A DNA stretch of 38,848 nt, taken from positions 1 through 38,848 of IMG/VR virus record IMGVR_UViG_3300020202_000053. One strand, written 5' to 3'. Position 1 is the stretch's first letter, and each line of letters opens with the position of its first letter. The DNA comes from a virus. This document shows positions 1 to 9,376 of the stretch, piece after piece. The translations under genes were made by a program, and so were the position numbers. A model generated the notes under the pieces. That model searched no databases, was not told the origin of the DNA, and worked only from the letters and a program-made list of their open reading frames with translations.

Positions 1-127
1 GCCTTCGGCGCGTGCGCAATGCGGTCCCTGACTTCCTCGCCAGCGCCAAGGAAGTACCGAAGACCCTGGACCTCCTGCTGCGGCAGGCCGGCGGGAGCGG
101 CGCGGGCCGTATCGTATGCCTCGTCCA
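1..127. repeat. Terminal direct repeat, copy 1 (identical to 38722-38848)
   Basis: Base-by-base comparison shows 127/127 identity in the same orientation. Confidence 0.97.
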
Positions 128-1280
128 CGACCTTCTTGCCGGCGGCACGCTGCCGTTCTAATGCCCCTTGCGCCATCTGCCCGGCCGTGGTGCGGTCCAG
201 AGTGATGGGGGAGCCGCCCGCGACCTGCCCGCGGATAGCCTCGACGTTCGCCCGCAAAGCGTCCTGCTGCTTCACCCGAACGCCCCGCATGATGTTCTCG
301 GGCAAGCCGCCGAAGACGCCCTTGACCGCATTGTCTTCGAACATCTGCTGTGACGCGACCCGGGTCATGTCGCCCTTGGTCACCGGCACGGGAACGGGAA
401 GCGTCTGCGCCAGCGCCGCGCGGGCTGCGTCCTCCGGCTTCACCGCGTCCCGGGCCAGCTTGGCGAACTGGCGGGCGTAGTCGTCGGTGATGTCAGCCGG
501 ATCTATGCCGGCCTGCTGCAGGGTGAACTTGCCCGCTTCCGACAGGGTGCCCTTGGCCGGGTCGAACAACTCCGGACGGCGCACGATTGCCCGATAGGCG
601 GCGGATGCGGCCGGGGCCAGCATCTCGAACCCCACGGCACCGGCCGCGTTGCCCGCCGCGCGGGGAATGCTCACCCCCTGCTTTGAGCCTGCGTTGGTAG
701 CGGCGATGTCCTGAGCAACGGAGCCCGAGAAGCCACCCGCTCCGGCGCCAAGCGCGCGGCCGAGCAGTCCGGCGCCCTTTGCCAGGGTGCCGCCCAGCAG
801 GCCGAACGGCGCGGTGATGGCAAGGTTGGCGCCGAAGTTGTCGAAGTCCTGCGAGGACAGGCCGGGCCGGTTCAGATAGTAGCGCTGCCCGTCCTGCTCC
901 GCGATCGCATTGCCGAACTTGTCCTGGGTCACGGGCGAGTTCGGGAACGCCGCACGGTAGATGTCCGCCTGCCCCTCCCCGGTCTGCGCCAGGGCCATCT
1001 TCCCCTTGATCTCACCGAAGCCGGGCACGATCTGACCGGGCAGCTCGGGCAGGTCGAACTCCCGGCTCTTGTCGCCGGTGTAGGCGTCCTTGATCCCCCC
1101 GGCGATGTCAGCGAGAGCCCCGCCCACCTTGGAGAACAGCCCGCGCGCCGCGTTCGGCTTCTCCTGTGGAGCGGCCGGCGCGGTGTGCTGCCTCATGGCG
1201 GCGGCGATCTGATCGGGCGTGGCGTCGTCCGGAAACTCGAACGTCTTGCCCGACGCGTCGTCCCGTACCTGGATCGGCAT
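1..1280 (-). CDS. Virion internal/ejection-type protein, N-terminal part of a 735-aa gene that wraps the window junction
   Basis: Hand translation from ATG 1280 (GGAG about 8 nt upstream) gives MPIQVRDDASGKTFEFPDDATPDQIAAAMRQHTAPAAPQEKPN... with no stop down to nt 1. It is missing from the ORF track only because it runs off the edge. The phase at nt 2 equals the phase at nt 38723 of ORF 37794-38573. Function is assigned by position only. Confidence 0.7.
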   Translation of the reverse strand, partial: MPIQVRDDASGKTFEFPDDATPDQIAAAMRQHTAPAAPQEKPNAARGLFSKVGGALADIAGGIKDAYTGDKSREFDLPELPGQIVPGFGEIKGKMALAQTGEGQADIYRAAFPNSPVTQDKFGNAIAEQDGQRYYLNRPGLSSQDFDNFGANLAITAPFGLLGGTLAKGAGLLGRALGAGAGGFSGSVAQDIAATNAGSKQGVSIPRAAGNAAGAVGFEMLAPAASAAYRAIVRRPELFDPAKGTLSEAGKFTLQQAGIDPADITDDYARQFAKLARDAVKPEDAARAALAQTLPVPVPVTKGDMTRVASQQMFEDNAVKGVFGGLPENIMRGVRVKQQDALRANVEAIRGQVAGGSPITLDRTTAGQMAQGALERQRAAGKKVVDEAYDTARAAPAGLPQQEVQGLRYFLGAGEEVRDRIAHAPK

Positions 1281-1286
1281 GTTCTA

Positions 1287-2549
1287 TCACTCCGGCACGA
1301 GTTGACCGTTCCGCCACACGAAGCGCGCGGCGGCGGTGGGGGCTCCGCCCTGAGGGGCGTTCGGCGCGTCTTGGAACAGCCTGTTGCTGTCGGAGAACTG
1401 TTGCAGCTGATCGAAGAAACCTTCGTCAAGCTGCCCCTTGCTCTGCCGATATTTGCGGGCCATCTCCGCCACTTCCATGCTGCGCCGGTTCAGCCGCTTC
1501 ATGGTGTCGACCATCATCCGCCGCCCTTCGGGCGTCTGCTCCAGGCCCGGCACCATGGAGACGAGGAACTCGCGGTCCTTGTCCGACAGGGCGCCCGGCA
1601 TACCGGCGCCCCCGGCCGGGTTGCGGAGCTGCAGCGCCAGTTCATTGGACAGCGCCGCCGCAGCCTGAGCGGGCGCAACATCATCCGGGATGCCGAGCGA
1701 GGCCAAGTCGAAGCCCAACCCCTTGGCAGCGGCCTTGAACTGCTGCCCCGTTCCGGTGAACGCGCCGGTGTTGACCTGCTCCAGCAGCCCCGCCAACCGG
1801 TCGATGCGGTTGTTCATCTGCTGCGCCTGGAGCCCGCCCTCCTGCAGGTTGCGGAACTGCGTGCCGTAGAACTCGCCCACGGTCTTGGCCTCGGCGCCCT
1901 GCTCTCGGAGATCGATCTGGTTGATCTGCCGCCCGGCGGAAGCCACGGCCTGCTTGCCCTGCAGGAAGCCGGGCACCCACTCGGGCTGTCCGTTGGCGCC
2001 GATGCGCATGCCCTCGGGAAGGTTGGGAGCGCCGGTGGCGAGGGGCTTGTACGTCGTGGGGTCCAGGAGGCTTTCACCCTCCCTCAGCGTGATTGGCGCC
2101 TTCGGCTTCGCCTGCTCCATCCGGAACTGCGCCGCCAGAAGTCCGGCCTGCTCCGGGTTCTGCCGGCCGATGGAGAGCAAGCCCTCCTGAATGGGCTGGG
2201 GCAGGCCACCAAGCGCCGCGTCCTGCTCCGACTTTCGCCCCTGGCTCCAGATCACCCCGCCTTCAGAGGGAGCGGACATCGGGTCATAGCCGCCGAACAG
2301 CGTGGCGTTCTGGGACATACCCGCGAGCTTCTGCTGCGCTTCGGCCATGGCGAGCTGCTCGGCCATCTGCTCCTGCTGCGAGGGTCCGTTGATGAGGGAG
2401 CCCAGAAGGCCCACGAGGCCGCCTTGCCGATAGGCGTTCGGGGCGCGCCCGAGAAGACCACCCACACCCTCGCCCTCATCGCCCCGGCCGCCGAGCAGGC
2501 CGCCATAGCCGCCGGCCGCCCGGCGCGCGAATGCCCTACCGTAATCCAT
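1287..2549 (-). CDS. Virion internal/ejection-type protein (420 aa)
   Basis: ORF track. G/A/Q-rich, with repeated GGLLG/GLLG motifs at the N-terminus and a Q-rich helical centre. It sits in the run of large non-enzymatic genes after the tail genes. Function is assigned by position. Confidence 0.5.
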   Translation of the reverse strand: MDYGRAFARRAAGGYGGLLGGRGDEGEGVGGLLGRAPNAYRQGGLVGLLGSLINGPSQQEQMAEQLAMAEAQQKLAGMSQNATLFGGYDPMSAPSEGGVIWSQGRKSEQDAALGGLPQPIQEGLLSIGRQNPEQAGLLAAQFRMEQAKPKAPITLREGESLLDPTTYKPLATGAPNLPEGMRIGANGQPEWVPGFLQGKQAVASAGRQINQIDLREQGAEAKTVGEFYGTQFRNLQEGGLQAQQMNNRIDRLAGLLEQVNTGAFTGTGQQFKAAAKGLGFDLASLGIPDDVAPAQAAAALSNELALQLRNPAGGAGMPGALSDKDREFLVSMVPGLEQTPEGRRMMVDTMKRLNRRSMEVAEMARKYRQSKGQLDEGFFDQLQQFSDSNRLFQDAPNAPQGGAPTAAARFVWRNGQLVPE

Positions 2550-2552
2550 GGA

Positions 2553-2852
2553 TCAGAACCCTCCGAGGAAAGGCATCATCTGGTTGCGCATCTTGTCGCG
2601 CATCGTCTGCTGCGGCATGTACGGATTGGGCGGTTGGAACTGCATGCCGGGATGCGGGCCGCTCATGCCCAGGTTGGGCATCGGAGCCGCCGCCTGCGGG
2701 GCGCCGGCTGGGGTTTGCGGAGGAGTCTGAGCCCCGCCGCCCTGCATCATGCCCAACAGGCCCATGAGCCCGTTGGCGGGCTTCTGCGCCCCCATGAAGG
2801 CGCCGAGGAGGCCGCCGTTCTGGTAGCCCTGCGCGAACTTCTGGAAATCCAT
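2553..2852 (-). CDS. Met/Gly/Gln/Pro-rich low-complexity virion-module protein (99 aa)
   Basis: ORF track. Tightly packed between neighbouring genes (3-12 nt gaps). By my count it has 13 Met in 99 residues, and it carries GLLG/GLMG motifs. Confidence 0.5.
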   Translation of the reverse strand: MDFQKFAQGYQNGGLLGAFMGAQKPANGLMGLLGMMQGGGAQTPPQTPAGAPQAAAPMPNLGMSGPHPGMQFQPPNPYMPQQTMRDKMRNQMMPFLGGF

Positions 2853-2864
2853 GGCTCTGGCTCC

Positions 2865-4157
2865 TTAGAACAGGCTCACACCGCCGCCCTTGCCCGACTG
2901 ACCGCCGCGCGAGGTCTGGGTGCCTTGGTTGCTGTAGGGCGTGCCGCCGAAGATCGAGCTTCGCAGGGCTAGGCGCTGGAACGGGTCCTGCTGCTGGCGC
3001 TGGAACTCCCCGTACTGCGCTCCGCTGTTGATCTGCCCGATGGCGTTCTCCGCCCCGCCGAAGCCCGCCAGGGACTGCGCGCCCTGTAGGCGGAGCCCTG
3101 CCCCACGCAAGCCCAGATCGCTGTTGAACTGGCTCGCGCTGTTCTGGGCAGCGAGATAATCCCTGGCGAAGGTATTCGCAGTCGAAGCGTTGGTCGTCGC
3201 TGCCGCCTGCCCCCGATTGGCGTTGTTCTCAGACGCAGAATTTTGCGCTTGCAAGTAATCCCTAGAGAAAATATTGCTCTGGTCTGCGTTATACAGCGCC
3301 TGCTGATTGCTGGCGTCCATGTTCCGGGCGCGTGCGTCTTGGGTAAACCCGGCCTGGGTCAAGCGCCCCTGATTGGTCGCCGCCTGATTTGCCAGCGCTG
3401 CTTGCTGGGCAAAGCCGGCGTTCTGCCCAAGCACGCCCATGTCGACGCCCTGGTTCGCCATGCCCGCCTGCAGCGAGCGGCCGGCGTCCTGCTGGCCCAG
3501 CGCTGCGGCGGTGTTGAAGCCCTGGGAGCGCAGATCCCCGGCGGTGCGAGCCATGGCGTCCATGGTGTTGCGCTGCGTCTCCGCCTCCAACAGGGCCCCG
3601 CGCGAGCCGCCGAAGTTGCCCGACGCCGCCGCCTGCGCCCGTGCCGCGTTGCCCGCCTGGTCCCCCTGGCGCTGGATGTCGGAGAGCGCCTGCTGGACGA
3701 CCTGCCCCTCATAGGGGTTGCGGTAGGCGTCCATGAACCCCGCCCCCGTACCGCCGGACACGTCACGGATGCCGCCGCGGTTGATGTTGGCGGCATTGGC
3801 CTGCGCCATGGGCCCGACCTGCGCCGCGTCCATGTTGTAGGCGGTGAAGGCTGCCGAGGGCTGTCCGCCATAGGCCGTCGCCTGCCACGCCGCAACGTCC
3901 GCCACCGGAGCGCCGCCGAACGCCGTGGCCTGGGTGGGATTGTAGCCCATGGCGGAGCGGGCGCCGCCCTGCGCGTCCTGGATTGCGCCGACGCCGGCCG
4001 TGCTGCCCAGCGGGCCGCCATAGGGCGTCGGGCCCTGCTGCCCGAAGGCGTCCGCGTCCCCAACGAGCTTGATCAAGCCGCTTTCCAATTCGGGCGGAAG
4101 CTCGATCCGGTTCGTGGTGGTCTGGTTACTCGATCCGCGGGAACCGCCTACTGACAT
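2865..4157 (-). CDS. Virion internal/ejection-type protein (430 aa)
   Basis: ORF track. G/A/Q/N-rich with an internal duplicated motif (F[SA]RDYL[QA]AQNSAS twice). Function is assigned by position. Confidence 0.5.
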   Translation of the reverse strand: MSVGGSRGSSNQTTTNRIELPPELESGLIKLVGDADAFGQQGPTPYGGPLGSTAGVGAIQDAQGGARSAMGYNPTQATAFGGAPVADVAAWQATAYGGQPSAAFTAYNMDAAQVGPMAQANAANINRGGIRDVSGGTGAGFMDAYRNPYEGQVVQQALSDIQRQGDQAGNAARAQAAASGNFGGSRGALLEAETQRNTMDAMARTAGDLRSQGFNTAAALGQQDAGRSLQAGMANQGVDMGVLGQNAGFAQQAALANQAATNQGRLTQAGFTQDARARNMDASNQQALYNADQSNIFSRDYLQAQNSASENNANRGQAAATTNASTANTFARDYLAAQNSASQFNSDLGLRGAGLRLQGAQSLAGFGGAENAIGQINSGAQYGEFQRQQQDPFQRLALRSSIFGGTPYSNQGTQTSRGGQSGKGGGVSLF

Positions 4158-4158
4158 C

Positions 4159-4509
4159 TCAAAGCTCCTTCGACAGGATCGTGGTCTTCTTCATGCCGGG
4201 GTAGACGCGGGTCCAGCCCAGGCGTCCGCCGCCGGTGATGCGGGTGCAGCCGCAGGCGCGGGCCCAGGCGTTGACGCCGGGCTCCAGGGCCTTCAGCTCT
4301 TCGAGATCGCCGGCCGCGAGCCAGTAGTTCAGGTCCGTGCGCAGCGGGTAGCGGACCAGCTCCGTCACCAGGACGCAGTTCTCCCCGAGCCACAGCTGGC
4401 ACTTGCCGGCAGTCCACATCTCAATGACGTGATCCGCCGTGTGCGTGCGGTCGGCATGCGCAAGGGCCGCGTCCAGCCATTGCCGGACGCGTTCAAGGTC
4501 AGGGGCCAT
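4159..4509 (-). CDS. Hypothetical protein in tail module (116 aa)
   Basis: ORF track. ATG at 4509 lies 1 nt after the upstream stop. Composition is normal and I recognise no motif. Confidence 0.6.
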   Translation of the reverse strand: MAPDLERVRQWLDAALAHADRTHTADHVIEMWTAGKCQLWLGENCVLVTELVRYPLRTDLNYWLAAGDLEELKALEPGVNAWARACGCTRITGGGRLGWTRVYPGMKKTTILSKEL

Positions 4510-4510
4510 G

Positions 4511-6289
4511 TCAGAACCTGTCGCCGGTATCGATGAGATCCACGCGCGGCGTTCCCATGCGGAACTTCATGGGGGACGCGCTCCACTCCATCCGAAGCGC
4601 CACCTGGCGGGCGTTCAGGAAGAAGGTCAGCCGCGTGGTCGTGGGCGTGATGGTGAGCGGGCCCACCGTGGATGAGGGCTCAGGGGACCCGGGATAGTCG
4701 TAGCCGTCGACGTAGAGGGTGATGGTCCCCGACATGTCCTTGAAGTCCGGGCGGAACTCCTGGACCTCCATCAGGGTCTCACCGTCCCCCAGATCGATGC
4801 GGCCGGTATAGGCGCGGCCCGAGAGCACCCCGCCGTCCGCCGTGTCGCCCTTCTCGTGGAAGTACAGCCGACCCGATGTGGAAACCGCCAGCGGGTAGTC
4901 GTAAATCCCCGCGTCCGTCCAGGCGGTGCGGGGCAGCTCGCCCTTGTCCCACACACCCAGCGTGGCGTTGAACTTCACATAGCGGGAGCACTCGTTGCCG
5001 TCCCGGCTGTCCGCGTAGAACCAGATGACCTCGTTCCGCCCGGCGATCGTTCCCGCGTAGATCTTGTCGTCCTGCACGGGCGCGCGGTTGTTCCAGAAGT
5101 CGTCGCGCACCGTGCAGTCCAGGGGCTGCACGCCGGCCCCGTCGAAGCGGTAGAACTGCCCGTCCCGGGAGATCCAGTAGAGCATGCCCGCCAGCTCCGC
5201 GACGGCGTTGGGCCCGATCAGCCCGGCGGTCTTGCCGGCGGGCGAGTAGGCGTAGGTCAGGATCGGATCGCCGGTGTAGGTGGCGACAATGAGCCCGACG
5301 TCGGTGAAGAGGACGTTCTGCCCCCGGGTGGCGACACCGCGCACGAAGCGGGAGCCGACATAGGAGGGCTGCTCGCCCGCCTGGTCCGCCGCCGAAGCCG
5401 TCCAGTCGGTGGGGTCGAGCAGGTCCGAGTGCCGGTCCAGCAGCGGGTTGAAGGTGCCTGAGCCCTGCTCCGTCGTGCCCAGGGCGTGGACATGGCCCTT
5501 GGGGTCGATGAACATCGCGTTCACCTGCGTCGGGGCACCGGAGAGGATCACCGCCCGGGTCGAGGTGTTGCCCTGCCAGCGGTAGATGCCCCGGCCCGAG
5601 GGGTTGGCGTAGAGGTCGAAACCGCGGTTGTCCAGGCACCAGGTCCGGGGGCGGAACGTCGTGACGTTGGACGAGCCGTAGGTGCCCGTGCCGTAGGTGC
5701 TGGTGCCGTAGCCCAAGCCCCCGAGCCCGTCCGCCAGCCCCACCCCCAGGAGGTAGGTATAGGCGACACTGGCCCCGCCCCCGGGACCGGCGGTGGAGGT
5801 GGCGGTCGATGACGCGGTGATGGTGTAGGCGTTGGCGCTGGTGACGGTGGTGACCGTGTACTCGCCCGAGATCGTCAACCCGCCCACGGCACTGGCACCG
5901 GAATAGCTCACCCGATCGCCCACCGCCCGGCCGTGGGAGGCGTGCGAGACGGAGACGGAGGTGGAGCCGTTCGTCGTGCTGAAGGGGTTGGCGAGCGTGC
6001 CGGACGCCTCGACGGGGGTGATGTCGTACAGAGCGCCGCCGTAGAAGACGTACAAGTGTGTATTGGTGCCTGCGGCCACGCATTTCTCACCGTTGCTGAG
6101 CGTCCAGACATGGATGCCCCGGCAGATGCCGGAGAGGTCCTGCAGGATGGCGCTCTCCCACCCGGGCAGGGTCTCCATGAAGCCCCGGACGAAGCGGATG
6201 CCGCTGCTGTCCACGAACTTGCCCTCGGAGGTGGTCTCCGTGTCGTCGGTGACGACGCCGGGCAGGAGCTTCAGGGCGGTGATTGCCAT
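4511..6289 (-). CDS. Tail structural protein (592 aa), beta-rich and propeller-like
   Basis: ORF track. S/T/G-rich beta-type sequence with repeated Y/W-containing strands. It lies between the tail-fibre region and the ejection genes. Confidence 0.5.
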   Translation of the reverse strand: MAITALKLLPGVVTDDTETTSEGKFVDSSGIRFVRGFMETLPGWESAILQDLSGICRGIHVWTLSNGEKCVAAGTNTHLYVFYGGALYDITPVEASGTLANPFSTTNGSTSVSVSHASHGRAVGDRVSYSGASAVGGLTISGEYTVTTVTSANAYTITASSTATSTAGPGGGASVAYTYLLGVGLADGLGGLGYGTSTYGTGTYGSSNVTTFRPRTWCLDNRGFDLYANPSGRGIYRWQGNTSTRAVILSGAPTQVNAMFIDPKGHVHALGTTEQGSGTFNPLLDRHSDLLDPTDWTASAADQAGEQPSYVGSRFVRGVATRGQNVLFTDVGLIVATYTGDPILTYAYSPAGKTAGLIGPNAVAELAGMLYWISRDGQFYRFDGAGVQPLDCTVRDDFWNNRAPVQDDKIYAGTIAGRNEVIWFYADSRDGNECSRYVKFNATLGVWDKGELPRTAWTDAGIYDYPLAVSTSGRLYFHEKGDTADGGVLSGRAYTGRIDLGDGETLMEVQEFRPDFKDMSGTITLYVDGYDYPGSPEPSSTVGPLTITPTTTRLTFFLNARQVALRMEWSASPMKFRMGTPRVDLIDTGDRF

Positions 6290-6292
6290 GGG

Positions 6293-6526
6293 TCAGTCCC
6301 GCTTGAAGAGGCCGTGGGCCTGATGCCAGAGGTAGGCATCGCGGCAGTGCAGGGGCTCGGCATTCACCCAGTCGATCAGGCGCTGAGCCCGCTTCCACCA
6401 CCCGCCCCGGCCCTGCTCGTAGACCCTGCGGCCCACGGAGGCGGAGATGGTCGTGTCGCCCTCACCGAACAGCAGGGCGTTGCCGAGGCGGGAGAGCGCC
6501 CGGCCCACTTCGTGGCGATAGGACAT
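6293..6526 (-). CDS. Hypothetical protein (77 aa; start refined from TTG 6547 to ATG 6526)
   Basis: ORF track frame. The first ATG is at 6526, 5 nt after the upstream stop. Confidence 0.5.
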   Translation of the reverse strand: MSYRHEVGRALSRLGNALLFGEGDTTISASVGRRVYEQGRGGWWKRAQRLIDWVNAEPLHCRDAYLWHQAHGLFKRD

Positions 6527-6531
6527 GGGCG

Positions 6532-7065
6532 TCAGACCTTCGGCCAAGCCGCCTTGATCGCGGCGATTTCACCAGCGCTGTAGAGCCCCTGGGCAGCCAG
6601 GATCTGCCACACCGGCTCCATGTCCTCGAAGTCGATGTCCTCGGCGTCGATGAACTGCTGGTAGTAGATGCGGATCAGCGGGTCGGTGCTGGTCCGCATG
6701 CCGTCCTCCACCGCCAGCAGCCGCACGGCGGCGGAGCCCACATCCCCACCCACCGCCGTGGCGGCGCGGACGACGTTGCGGAAGCCGTTGCGCGAGAGCT
6801 TCTTGCGCTTGGCCGTGTCCGGCGGCGGCGGGGGCGGCGGCAGGGCTACGAAGGCGTTGCCCGCCCACTTGTACCGGCCGGGCGCGTAGTCCGCCGGGAA
6901 CAGAGCCACCGCGACGGGCTGCGCCTCTGTCACCCCGGCATTGTAGCCGTAGCGCACGGAGGTGCCGTCCAGCAGCGTGGCGTCGATCCCCTCCCCGTCC
7001 TGGGAGATGGATGCGGCTACGTCGACGATGATCTCGCCCGCGAGGATCAGGTAGCGGATGCTCAT
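6532..7065 (-). CDS. Hypothetical protein downstream of tail fibre (177 aa); possible fibre accessory protein
   Basis: ORF track. Its ATG overlaps the tail-fibre stop (ATGA). An internal PPPPPPPP linker is present. Function is assigned by position only. Confidence 0.45.
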   Translation of the reverse strand: MSIRYLILAGEIIVDVAASISQDGEGIDATLLDGTSVRYGYNAGVTEAQPVAVALFPADYAPGRYKWAGNAFVALPPPPPPPDTAKRKKLSRNGFRNVVRAATAVGGDVGSAAVRLLAVEDGMRTSTDPLIRIYYQQFIDAEDIDFEDMEPVWQILAAQGLYSAGEIAAIKAAWPKV

Positions 7066-9368
7066 GGCGCGAACTCCACAATGGTGAGCTTGACCTGGGG
7101 CGTGGACGCGCCGGCCGTCTGCGCCTGGGTGGTGTAGGTGAAGGCGGCACGGTTGCTCGCCAGCTCGACCGGGACGTTCGTGACGGTGCCCCAGTCGCTG
7201 TTGGGCAGGGTCAGGGCGCCCAGGAACTGCGGCGCGTTGCCGGCGCGCGGGCGGGCCAGCAGCACCCGGCCGCCCAGCTGGGTCGCGGTGGCGATGCCCT
7301 GGACGCCGCCAGAGAGGCCGAAGCGCAGGGTGGACGTAGCCGAGAGGGTCGTGGCGCCCGACGGGGAGAGCGTACCCGCGACGGAGAGGGCGGTGCCGGA
7401 GATGTCCACCTGATGGATCTGATTCTCTGCCGTGGCGGTGCTGAACGCCAGGAACCCACTGGAGGTCTGGGGGAAGTTGCCGCCGCTCGCCTGGCTCCAG
7501 AGGCTGTAGAGGATCGTCCCGGCGGATAGCGTGCCGCTGCTGTTGGTCAGCACCACATGACGGGATGCAGCGCCAGTGCCGCTGTTGCCGAAGGTGAACA
7601 GCGCCGTCGTGCCGGAGAGCGCGTAGAGGTTCGGCTGGAAGCGGGAGGCGTTGAAATCGGTGTAGGCCTGATCCGCGAGCGATAAGGTTTCCACCGTCAG
7701 CGGCGTGCCGAAGGTCACCGTCGTGCCGCTCACCCCCACATGCACCGCGCGCACCAGCGTGCCCGACGCTTGGTAGTAGCCGACCACGTAGGAGGTGGCG
7801 GAAAGCTGGCAGGACGGCAGGACAACCGCGCTCACCACGTCATTGACGCCCGCGCTCGTCCCGACCGTGATGGTCGTTCCCGACACGGACAGCACCACGC
7901 CCCGGATGGAGAAGGGCGTTCCCGCCGTGCCGCTGTCGTCGATGTAAAGGGCAAGGGCCGTGGTGTCGGAGACACGGTAGCACCCTAGAGCCTGGGAACT
8001 GGTCGTTCCGAGAGCGGACGTGGCGGCGCCAGAGGTTGGTGTCGACCCGGTGGCGTCGATCACTTCGGCGAAGACATTGCCGTTCAGCCACAACTGCACG
8101 AACACGCCGGCCGTGAGCTGGGCCACTAAGGGCTGCCCGGTGAAGGAGAACGCCGACGCGCTGGCGTCCGTTAGGTGCCCGCTGCTGACGGTGCAGGTCG
8201 TGCCGGCAACCGTCACATTGTAGACCGTGGCGCCGGCATAGATCAGAGCCTTGCCGTCGTTGATCCGGAAGCCTTGGGAGACGGCCACGTTGCTCGCGAC
8301 GATCAGCGCGGGCGTTCCCACCGTCGCCGGATAGGTCGAGTGATCCACCGCCACCACGAAGGGATGGCCGGAGCTGTTGCGGACGAAGTGTAGGCTGAGC
8401 GTGTCCGTCAGCTTCACCGCCACCTCTACCGAGGTCGTGTAGGTGCTGCTGAAGGTGTTGTCGCAGATCACCAGCCAGGGCTCGTACCCCACGCCAGCAA
8501 GGCCCCAGCCGCCGGCAATGCTGCCGTTGTCGTTCAGGAAGCAGGAAACCACCCCGCCCGGCGCCACCGCCCCCAGCAGCGTCCCGGCGCTGTTCCGGAC
8601 GCCGAACGCCCGGGTGCCGGTGTTCTGGAACACGAAAATCGGGCCGCCCTCATCCAGCGTCGTGGCATCGGGCAGCGTCACCGACTGGCTGTTGCTCGCC
8701 ATCGCGACGGTCTGCACGCGGCTGGAGGTGCTGGTCAGGGTGGTGGCGATGGTGATCGCAGCGCCGCCCGCCCCGCCGGCGATGTCCACTTCCGACCACT
8801 CGACGCCGGTTTCATCCGTGGTTACGCGGAGGTACTTTCCCGAATTGCCCGCCCGCGCCGGCAGCGTGCCGGGGGCGATGGCCGCCGCGAGGATGGCCGT
8901 GTCCATCTGGCCTTTGGTCACGGCATCGGTCGAGGCGGTGCCGGTGGCAAGCCCGGTGAGCTTCGCCCCACCCTGGTCCGTGCCGACGACCTGGCGCATG
9001 GTCGTGCCGTCGCCCTGGACCACCGCACGCCCGCTGGCGGGGATGGTCACGCCCGATCCGGCGGAGTAGCCGAAGATGATGGGGGCAGAGCAGTCGTTCA
9101 CCACGACCTTGACGCACTCCACTCCGGGATAGACGACGTTGCCGCCGGTCCCGGTGAAGCGGAAGCCCATGTTGCGGGCTTCGTCGGAGGCGTAGTTGGT
9201 GGAGGTGAGGGTCGCGGTTCCTCCGGTCAGGGCGATGGTCTCAACGCCCTGCACGGCCTCGTCGATGAGGTCGAGCGCCTGGTCGTTCAGGGTCGTGCCC
9301 CAGACGTTCAGGCCCGAGCCGGTTTCCTGCTTGACCGCACGGATGCGCTGGGTAGGCGAGTTAGCCAT
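7062..9368 (-). CDS. Tail fibre / tail spike protein (768 aa)
   Basis: ORF track. GAGG lies upstream of ATG 9368. The N-terminus has a typical fibre-anchor sequence (...ASTDAVTKGQMDTA...), followed by a long S/T/G/A/V-rich beta region. Confidence 0.65.
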   Translation of the reverse strand: MANSPTQRIRAVKQETGSGLNVWGTTLNDQALDLIDEAVQGVETIALTGGTATLTSTNYASDEARNMGFRFTGTGGNVVYPGVECVKVVVNDCSAPIIFGYSAGSGVTIPASGRAVVQGDGTTMRQVVGTDQGGAKLTGLATGTASTDAVTKGQMDTAILAAAIAPGTLPARAGNSGKYLRVTTDETGVEWSEVDIAGGAGGAAITIATTLTSTSSRVQTVAMASNSQSVTLPDATTLDEGGPIFVFQNTGTRAFGVRNSAGTLLGAVAPGGVVSCFLNDNGSIAGGWGLAGVGYEPWLVICDNTFSSTYTTSVEVAVKLTDTLSLHFVRNSSGHPFVVAVDHSTYPATVGTPALIVASNVAVSQGFRINDGKALIYAGATVYNVTVAGTTCTVSSGHLTDASASAFSFTGQPLVAQLTAGVFVQLWLNGNVFAEVIDATGSTPTSGAATSALGTTSSQALGCYRVSDTTALALYIDDSGTAGTPFSIRGVVLSVSGTTITVGTSAGVNDVVSAVVLPSCQLSATSYVVGYYQASGTLVRAVHVGVSGTTVTFGTPLTVETLSLADQAYTDFNASRFQPNLYALSGTTALFTFGNSGTGAASRHVVLTNSSGTLSAGTILYSLWSQASGGNFPQTSSGFLAFSTATAENQIHQVDISGTALSVAGTLSPSGATTLSATSTLRFGLSGGVQGIATATQLGGRVLLARPRAGNAPQFLGALTLPNSDWGTVTNVPVELASNRAAFTYTTQAQTAGASTPQVKLTIVEFAP

Positions 9369-9376
9369 GCTTCACC

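Noticed and set aside
1185-2972. 595-aa plus-strand ORF, the longest ORF in this region
   Set aside because: It is antisense to two well-formed minus-strand genes. Its composition is dominated by R/G/A/L/P/H, typical of shadow frames in high-GC DNA. It has no Shine-Dalgarno sequence and no gene-packing logic.
4779-6083. 434-aa minus-strand ORF in a second frame of the 592-aa tail gene (also 5933-6583 on the plus strand and 3243-4154 on the plus strand)
   Set aside because: These are overlapping alternative frames with extreme Arg/Pro/Gly/His content. The in-frame 592-aa and 430-aa products have protein-like composition and proper start/stop packing.
7062-9368. Diversity-generating retroelement acting on the tail fibre
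   Set aside because: I considered this because some podophage fibres are DGR targets. I see no reverse transcriptase gene anywhere in the genome, and I noticed no template/variable repeat pair by eye. A dot-plot would be needed for certainty.
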